From: Candidatus Nanoarchaeia archaeon
Lineage (GTDB): Archaea > Nanobdellota > Nanobdellia > Jingweiarchaeales > Jingweiarchaeaceae
Assembly (NCBI GenBank): GCA_038874075.1
Contig: JAVZDD010000001.1
Span: 8,701-72,700 of the forward strand
Reading direction: 5' to 3'
DNA: 64,000 nt
Positions 9,501 to 18,500 of this stretch are shown here, one piece after another (position 1 is the first letter of the stretch; each line of letters begins with the position of its first letter). The notes beneath the pieces were generated by a model. The model was not told the DNA's origin. It did no database searches and worked only from the letters and a program-made list of their open reading frames with translations. The translations under genes and the position numbers were made by a program.

Positions 9501-12500
9501 TTGTAATACGCCTTATAATGTAACTTTAAGAGTAAACTTAACTGATGATAAGGGTAACTTGGTTTCGGGAGCGAATACAATTATATATCATCCAAGTGGT
9601 ACATGCAGCGTGAATGATGAGAATAATGGATATTATAATTGTACCTATGATCCAAGCGATACGATAGTGCCTGGGCTCTATACATGGACAGCAGAGGCAA
9701 GTAAAAATTATTATTATAATACTGGTAATGCAACACTTTTGTATTTGGAAATCAGAGGTTGTTCTAACATTAACATTACCCAGCCATTAAATACTTCTTC
9801 CTTTAATCGATCACAAACAATGGATATTAAGGTTAACATAACGGATGAATTCAATCAACCAGTAAGCGATGTAGGCGTTACTTGTGAGCTCACAAAAGCA
9901 AATGGGGTGAAAGTTTATCCAAATTGTATTTACAATCTTTCATCATATCTTTGGGAAGCTAATTACACATTTGCAAATGATGATCCGGTTGGAATTTGGT
10001 ATTTGAAAGTGAATGTAAGTGGAAGTTATTCTTACGCTGAGAAAATATACGAAATCACTTTGTTCGGAAAGTTGAATGTTACAAGTGTCTTAACAAAAGA
10101 TAAAGTAGATAGGGGTTCTGATTGGGGGTATGGTACGATAGCATTGTTGAATGCAAGTATCAATGATGAGAGTGGCCCAGTAAGTGATGTATATGTAAAA
10201 TTTTATGCAAATGATAATTTCATTGGTGAAAACACGACAGATAGTAGTGGAATTGCAAGATTGTACTGGGATCCAGATGATAATTTAAATGTGGGTGCAT
10301 ACAAGATCGAGGTGGAAGCGTACAAGACTTATTATTATAATGATACAAGTAAAAGTTTGAACAATTATACAGATGTTTATGGCAAGTTATTTGTCAGAAA
10401 TGTTTCATCACCGGTAAATGTTGATAGAAAAAATAATTATGGTTATGGTACAATTGCGATTCTTGAGGTAAATGTGAGTGATGATTTATATGTTCCAATA
10501 AATGCATCAACAGTAGAATTTTACATTAATACTAGTGTTGTGGGAACAAACACAAGTGGTGTGAATGGATATTATAAATATAACTGGGATCCAGATAACA
10601 ATCTAAATCCTGGAATTTATGTTTTCTATGCAAATGCAAGAGATGTGCAATACTATCACAATTATACAGATACTGTACCTAATAGTACAATTACTGTTTG
10701 GGGTAAATTAAACATTACTTCTTTCGGATTTACTGATAAAGAAATTTACAGGATTGGAGAATCAACAGTTCTAAGCGTAAATGTGAGTGATGAAAATGAT
10801 GTTGCTGTAAATAATGCAATAGTTTCATTCGTAAGAGATTCAAGTATCATAAATGTGACCAACACTACAAATGGTTATGCAAGTTACACTTATGATCCAA
10901 GCGATACGATAACGCCAAACAACTATACTATGTATGTAAATGTGAGCAAGCAGTACTATTACAATGATTCAAAGCAAGATTGGCTTTTAATAAAAGGCAA
11001 GATAAATTTAACTATCATTTCGCCAAACACAGGTCAGAAGTTCTATAGAAATAATACAGTACAATTAAATTCAAATGTGACAGATGAAAATAATGTTGAA
11101 GTCTCTCCTGATTGGTCTGAATGGAAGAAGATATTTCCCACGCAAGAAGTGATTTCAAATCAACCCGATTATGATTGGAATATTCCATACAACTATCCAA
11201 AAGGATTGCTTTCAATACAATTTAATGCAACTAAAATGTACTATGATATTGTAGGTGCAATTCCAAGTGTTGACATTACAATATGGTCTAAAGCAAATGT
11301 CACAATATTAAACTCTCCTCAAGATTTGAATAGGGGAAACAATATAACAATTGTTGCAAGGGTTTCAGATCATTTCACGAATGAGAACTTGGGTGGTTAC
11401 GATATTGGTTGGTTTGTGAATGATGTTAATATAGCAAATTACACAACTGCCCCTGATGGAACTTCTTCTTATTATTGGATAACGAATTGTTCATATGATG
11501 TTGGTGTGAATTGGATAAATGCTACGATTGGAAATGATACAAGTAATTACATTGATGCTAACATAGCAAACAGTAAAATAGATATCCACTTAATTGGAAA
11601 CCTATCCACATCAATCATTTCACCTCATCTGGATTCACTCTACCATATAAATGATGTAATACAATTAAATTCAAGTACAATTGATGATTGTAACAATTAT
11701 GTCATACCAGTTGTTACATGGAGAAATGAAACAGATGTCATTCAAAGTGGTATAAATGCGACATGGACGATTCCGTTGACCTACAATAAGGGACCAACAA
11801 ATATCACTATTTATGCGAATAAAAGTTATTATTATAATGCAACAAATTCGACACGGATAATCATATATCGCTGGGTAAACATCACGGACTTAAACCCAAT
11901 AAATGTTACTTATCCTGTTGGAACAATCATAAACTTTACATGTTTTGTTAGAGATGCAAATCTTTCACTAGGAATCGAGAATTATCCTGTAAACTTCTAT
12001 AAAAATGGAGTACTTCAGAATGTTAGTTATACAAATACAAGTGGTCTCGCACTTTGGATATGGAACACAACGAATGAACTAAGTAACAATTACACAATAA
12101 AATGTAATATTACGGACAATGCAACGCTTTATTTAAATAAGAGCCACCCATATGAGCAGCAAGGTAATATCACGATTGAAAGAAGATTGTGGATTATAAA
12201 CATCTCAGTTGATAACAGAACGATTTATAGAAATGATACTTGGGCAATATTAAACAATCTACCATATGCCACAAATATTACGGTCGAGGTCTGGGATGCG
12301 GCAATAAATCCTGCTTCAAATGTAATCGTACATTTCTTCAATTCGACAAATGAAATGGGTAATTGTACTACAAATTCAGATGGTAAGTGCAGTGTCATAT
12401 TTAATCCACCTGATACAATCATTGTACAAAATTACACAATTTTAATTAATGCAACAAAGATAGGTAATGATCCATCTTTCACTGAAAATACAACAATTGA

Positions 12501-15500
12501 AATATTGGGTGTCTTAAGGATAAATGCGAGTAATTACCCAACAGGGTTGGATGTAAATTATGAAAATGAGACGATAGAGGCAACGATAGAGCATGATATT
12601 TTAATTACAGATGTGATTTTGAACATTACACTCCCAAATAGTACTGTTATCTCTTCCCAAATGCAATCAATGGGAAATAATAATTATGTATTAAATTATA
12701 CACCTAAAATAAATGGTACGCATTCTTACTTTGTTTATGCGATTGACGCATCTAACTTTTTGAATCAAAGTTCAACCGCTTATTTCACTGCTTATAGAAA
12801 TACAACACTTTCGACAAAGCATGCACCACAATTGATCACGATCACGAACATGACATACTTTAATACTCAGCAATTACAAGTAAGTTTGAATGTAACTAAC
12901 CTGGGCCCATCAAGTGCTTATTACACAAACCTAAGTGTACAAACACCAAGTGGTTGGATCTCTAATTACAATGGTAATTGTGGTTTAATAAAAGATGGAG
13001 AATCATGCCTAAGAACTGTTGATATTACAGTACCTTCAAATACTTCACCCGGTATTTATTATCTAAATTCAAATACAACATGGATGAATCCTGATAATAC
13101 ATATAGTTACATTACGAATGTTACAACAGTGAATGTAACTTCAAATCCATTGTTAAACATCTCACAGAATAGTATTGGGGTTGTTGTCCAGCACAATTCT
13201 TATAATATAACAATATTCACAGTTCAATCAATAGGCAATGACAATTTAAGTAACATTCAGTTTGATTGTTATACTGGAATTGTTTGTACAAATTTTAGTG
13301 TCTCTTTCTCACCTTCAAGTATTAGCTTTCTAGGAAGAGGAAATTCACAAGATGTAAATGTAAATGTAAGTGTGCCGCTTGGATTTGCAATGGGTAATTA
13401 TACTGGAATTATAAGGGCGAATGCGACAAGTAGTGTTTGTAATCCAAGTAGTAATTGTTGGGATGAAGTGGAGATAAATATAGAAGTACCACCATCATCG
13501 ACTTGGTATGCTGAAGAGAAGAACTTTTCATTAGCAAGAGTAAATACATCATCTACTGGATTTATTGGTAATATAACAATAAACAATACTGGAAACACAC
13601 CAATACAATTCACATGGGAAGCTTATGGAAACATTTCTTACATGCTCATCGGTGAAAATATCACAGTAGAAAATCAAACTGTAAAAAACATGACAATTAG
13701 TTATTCCATACCCCATACCCTAAACGATACAAACAATACACCAGCATTCTACGCTGGTGGAATAAGGATCATTGCAATAAATGGAGTTCCACAATCGATG
13801 AATTTCTCTGTTAACTTTAGCGTTTATGATACGTTTGCACCAAACATAAACAACTTTAGCTTAGATTCAAATTTCATTGATATAAATTATGGTGTACTTG
13901 GCATTACAGCAAATGTGACAGATAACGTTAAAGTACAATCTGTGTACGTGGAATTTAGTAGACCTGGGAAAAAGTTTAGCAATTTGATGACAAATGTATA
14001 CGATGACATTTATTACTATTCTTGTAAAGCAGATGGAAGTTGTATCGATGCACTTGGAATATGGAACATAAAAATTTCGACATTTGATACTGCAAATAAT
14101 CCTGAAAATCCACCCCCAGGCTATAATGTGAACAGTAGTGGGTATTTACAAGTAGAAGTTGTTGGAAATACAAGTGTAGATATCCTAACAATCCCTGTAA
14201 TAAATGTATCAAATATAACACAAGGTTACGTTTATGAGTTTAATATAACTCCAATATTCAACAACACATTCAAGGGAACTGCATTTTATTCAAATTTGTC
14301 ATTGAATATTAGTTACCCACTCACAATTGATAATGTAAGTACAAAAACAATTAATTTTGGTAATGTTTCAAGATACAGTGCAGTAAATCAGACACTTCTA
14401 GTAAAAATACCGTCTGGAACAGTACCTGGAACTTATCTAATTAACTACAACGCTAGTTGGATGAATGCAGATAATACTCATAATTCAAACATAAACCAAA
14501 CAACAATAAATGTGCTATCAAATCCATTACTGAATATCGTCGAAGATTATATTTTGACTACAATTGCACATGGTTCTTCTAATGCAACGACCTTCAATCT
14601 AAGTTCATATGGTAATGACAATTTAAGTAACATTGAGATAACATGTGTTTCAGGCACTGTATGTACCAATCCTTGCTTTGATGTTCTGTTTGATAAAAAT
14701 TACTTAAACTTGAGCGCTGGAAACAGTTCAATTGTTACAGTAAGTGTGAATGTGGGTTTGGGATGCAGTCCTGGTAATTATACTGGAATTATAAGGGCGA
14801 ATGCGACGAGTAGTGTTTGTAATCCAAGTAGTAATTGTTGGGATGAAGTGGAGATAAATGTAAGTGTCTTAACTTCACCAACATGGGGAATAACACCAAA
14901 TTACCTTTCTCAGATTGTTTATGATAACTCAAGTGGTAATTTAATTGACATATTGGTAAACAATACTGGTAATGTACAAATTAATTTATCAATCACACTT
15001 TCTGGTAATGCAACGACGCCAACACAATTAATTAATGTCACAGAAACAGATGTAAGCGTAGATAAGGTAAGTACAAAAAATGTGACGGTTACTTATGATA
15101 TTCCCAACAATCAAATACCGGGCATATATCAAGCAATTATAACCTTCACAAATACATCTTCTCCAGCAAATCCAACACAAGTAAACGTCACAATTTATAT
15201 TGATGTGAGGGATCCGTATTCTCCTACAATTTCAAATCCGAACCTATCAAAAACAGCACTTGAGGCAAACTTCGAATCTCTTACAATAAATGCAACCATT
15301 ACTGATAATGTTGCAATCTCAGAAGCTTGGGTAAATATCACATTACCAAATATGAGCAATAATATTATTTTTATGAACAATATTGGAGATAATCTATACA
15401 GCACTACATACAAACCACCAATTGGTGGAAGTTACGGTGTAACAATTTATGCAAATGATACATCAAATAACATTGCTTCTATGTATGCAGGCTCGTTTAA

Positions 15501-18500
15501 TGTAATTGGTAAAACAACTGGTAATTTGAAACAAACACCAACGAGTATTAGTTTTAACAACATCACGTACTTACAAGGAGCTCAATTTGATGTTCACTTG
15601 AATATCACGAATGTTGGGAATACAACAATGCGCTACTTGAACCTGACAGTTTTGGTACCTCAAGATGAATATGACTGTGAGAATGGGAAATGCAAGTGGA
15701 ACTTCACATGTAGTGGTCTTAATTGTAATGGCAGTGGAATAAGCTGTGGTAATTTAACGATAAATGAAAGTTGTGATGGTAATTTTACAATATTTGTACC
15801 AAAAGGTACAAGCGGTGGTACTACAAATAATATATTCGGAGCCGCATTTTGGCTCGATCCAGATCTTACAATTGGAAACACAACCAATTATACATCTGTG
15901 ACAGTTGCATCGAATCCTGTTATCAATGTCACCCCATTGGTGGTTAGTAACAGTATTGAACAAGGAAAAATAAGTGTGCTTGGTTCAATTAATATTAGCT
16001 CATATGGTAATTCACCACTTTATACAATGAATTATACAAGTGTTGGGGGAAATTTACCTTATGCTTGGTTATCATTCGCACCAGAGATCGTAAATATACC
16101 TGTTGGTGTAAGAAGAAATTTAGACATAAGTGTAAGTGTTCCCTTTGGTCAAAATCCTGGTATCTACAACACGACACTCATTGTAAACGCAACTGGTTCC
16201 GCCCCATTCTGTGATCCAAGTTCAAGTTATTACAATCCTAATAGTAAGTGTTGGGAATTTGTGAATTTGAGTTTAAATGTACCTGAAAATTGGTCCTGGA
16301 GCAGGTATCCAAGCTCAGATTACATCATTGTTCCAATCACCACGAGTGGACAAATAAACATCACGGTAAACAATACTGGAAACATGGATATTAACTTTGA
16401 AGTTCAATACAGTGGTGATACTTCAATACTTGATCCATTCAGACCAACTTCTTTATTTTCACCGAAGCAAAGCAGTAACTTATTACAAGTGGGTTACAAT
16501 GGTACGATTTCAGGACTTTATAATGTGTTAATAAAATTGGTGAATCTATCCATCCCTTCACCATATCCAAAAGAGCAAACAACAAATATCACATTGAATG
16601 TAACAAATGTTCCTCCTAATATCCAAAATGTGAGTATTGCACCTAGTATCTTGGATGTGAATTATCAAAAAGTGAACATAAGTGCTGTGGTGACGCACCC
16701 AGCATCAAGTGTATATGTCTGGGCTAATATAACAAAACCAGACAATTCAATCACAACAATTCCAATGTCTGGTGTTGGAAATACTTACAGTGCTACCTAC
16801 ACACCGGAACAGGAAGGGATGTATGGTGTTACAATTTATGCGAATGAAAGTAGGGATGGTCTAATGAGTTCTTCTGGAATATATAATTTCTTAGCGTTTG
16901 CGACCACATCACTTGAACTCATTTCGATTCCAAACGAAACAGCAGTTTACAAGATAACACAGTACGATGGAAACATCACAAACTTGAACATTACAGTAAG
17001 AAATACGGGTATGGCAACTGCATACAATACTGTAGTCTCATTACAAGCTCCTCAAGGTTGGACTTTAATTCCAACAATGATAAATTACGGAAATATCACA
17101 AGAAATTCTGCAAATTCAACAATTGTAACAATTACGATACCTAAAGGTACACCACCCGGTAATTATTATGTGAATTTAAATTTGAGCTGGATGAATCCAA
17201 ATAATGTTGTTTCAACTGTCACTTCAAATGTAAGATTTGAAGTTGCACAAAATCCGTTCGCTAACTTTACAACAAAGGAAGCGAGTTCAGTAACATTGGA
17301 TGGGTACTCGAATTATACTATATTAACCTTAAATTCAACGGGTAACATAGATGCAACTGACATTTCAATTTCATGCGTATCTGGACCATGTTCAAATTTG
17401 AGTACCACGATTTCGCCTCCATTTATCTCTTATCTTGCAATTGGAAATACAAGAGATATAAATATAAGCTTCAGCGTTCCAGTTGGATATCCAGCTGGAA
17501 CTCATGTGATTGGTATAAACGCATTCACTCCTATCAACTCAGATGCTGCGAATATCTCGATCACCGTACCACCAAATTACTCATGGAATAGGACACCTAG
17601 TTCTATATTTGCAAGGGTTGGGGTGAGTGAAAACTACACAACGACTGAAATCGGGAGGATAGAGGTAGATAACCTAGGAAACATTGAAATGTTCTTTAAT
17701 ATAACAATCGATAACTCAACATACATCTATCCGAATGTAACGGTCTTGCAAGTACCTAGACAATCAAAGGGTGTTGTTGGTGTGAGGACAGTCGTACCGT
17801 CTGAAAGAGGAACGCACAATGCAACAATTACGATTATAAACAACCTGACAAAAGAGGAAATGAATACAACCGTGAATCTGGAAGTAACAGAACTTAGGGT
17901 GAATGTGATAAGTCCAATTTCAAATGAACTTAGGCCTGTGAAGTTGAATGATACGCTGGAAGTTTTTGCGAATGTAACTTATCAAGGAGTACCATTAACA
18001 GATGGTGTGAATTGGACGATTGAGTTGAGCAATGCAATATATGGTATTACGAAGCAATGTGATGTAAATAACGCAACTTATCAAACAGACCGTTGGAGAA
18101 TTACATGTATAATTCCTGAGACAAGAGATGCAACTTTATATGATTTGGTTGTAAGCGCATATGCATATGATCCATCAATCAACACGATTTCATCAAGTAC
18201 AAGAACAAATGCAATATTTTATGAAGATATCACACCACCCAAATTTGTTGGCGTAAACATCAGTTCTGTGCAACCAAATGAAATTGCTGTTATTAAAGTG
18301 AATGTAACTGATAACGTTGCTGTTTCAGATGCTTGGGTAGAAATAATGTATCCAAATTACAGTACTACAAGTGCAAATCTCACTTATATTGAAAATTTGT
18401 GGCAAATGAGTTTTAATGACACATCACAGATAGGAGATTATGAACTAAAAATCTACGCAAAAGATAATTCGAATAATCTGAATCAAACATATAGTTGGTT

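Larger units (their letters stand above)
12840..17900 (+). repeat. Four tandem copies of a three-domain extracellular module (A: P-G-x-YY-x-N...WMNPDN; B: GNDNLSNI...C..G.VCTN...GNYTG.I.A.A; C: ...NNTGN..I.F)
   Basis: Repeated protein motifs WMNPDNTYSY / WMNADNTHNS / WMNPNNVVST, and LSNIQFDCYTGIVCTN / LSNIEITCVSGTVCTN / ISISCVSGPCSN, at ~450-aa spacing; the same module occurs once in the downstream 1712-aa protein. Confidence 0.55.

Noticed and set aside
13393-14859. Possibility that the near-identical 87-bp repeats are a CRISPR array or an insertion-sequence terminal repeat
   Set aside because: Only two copies, 1.38 kb apart, in frame within a coding region and encoding a conserved peptide. 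No regular short spacers and no transposase.
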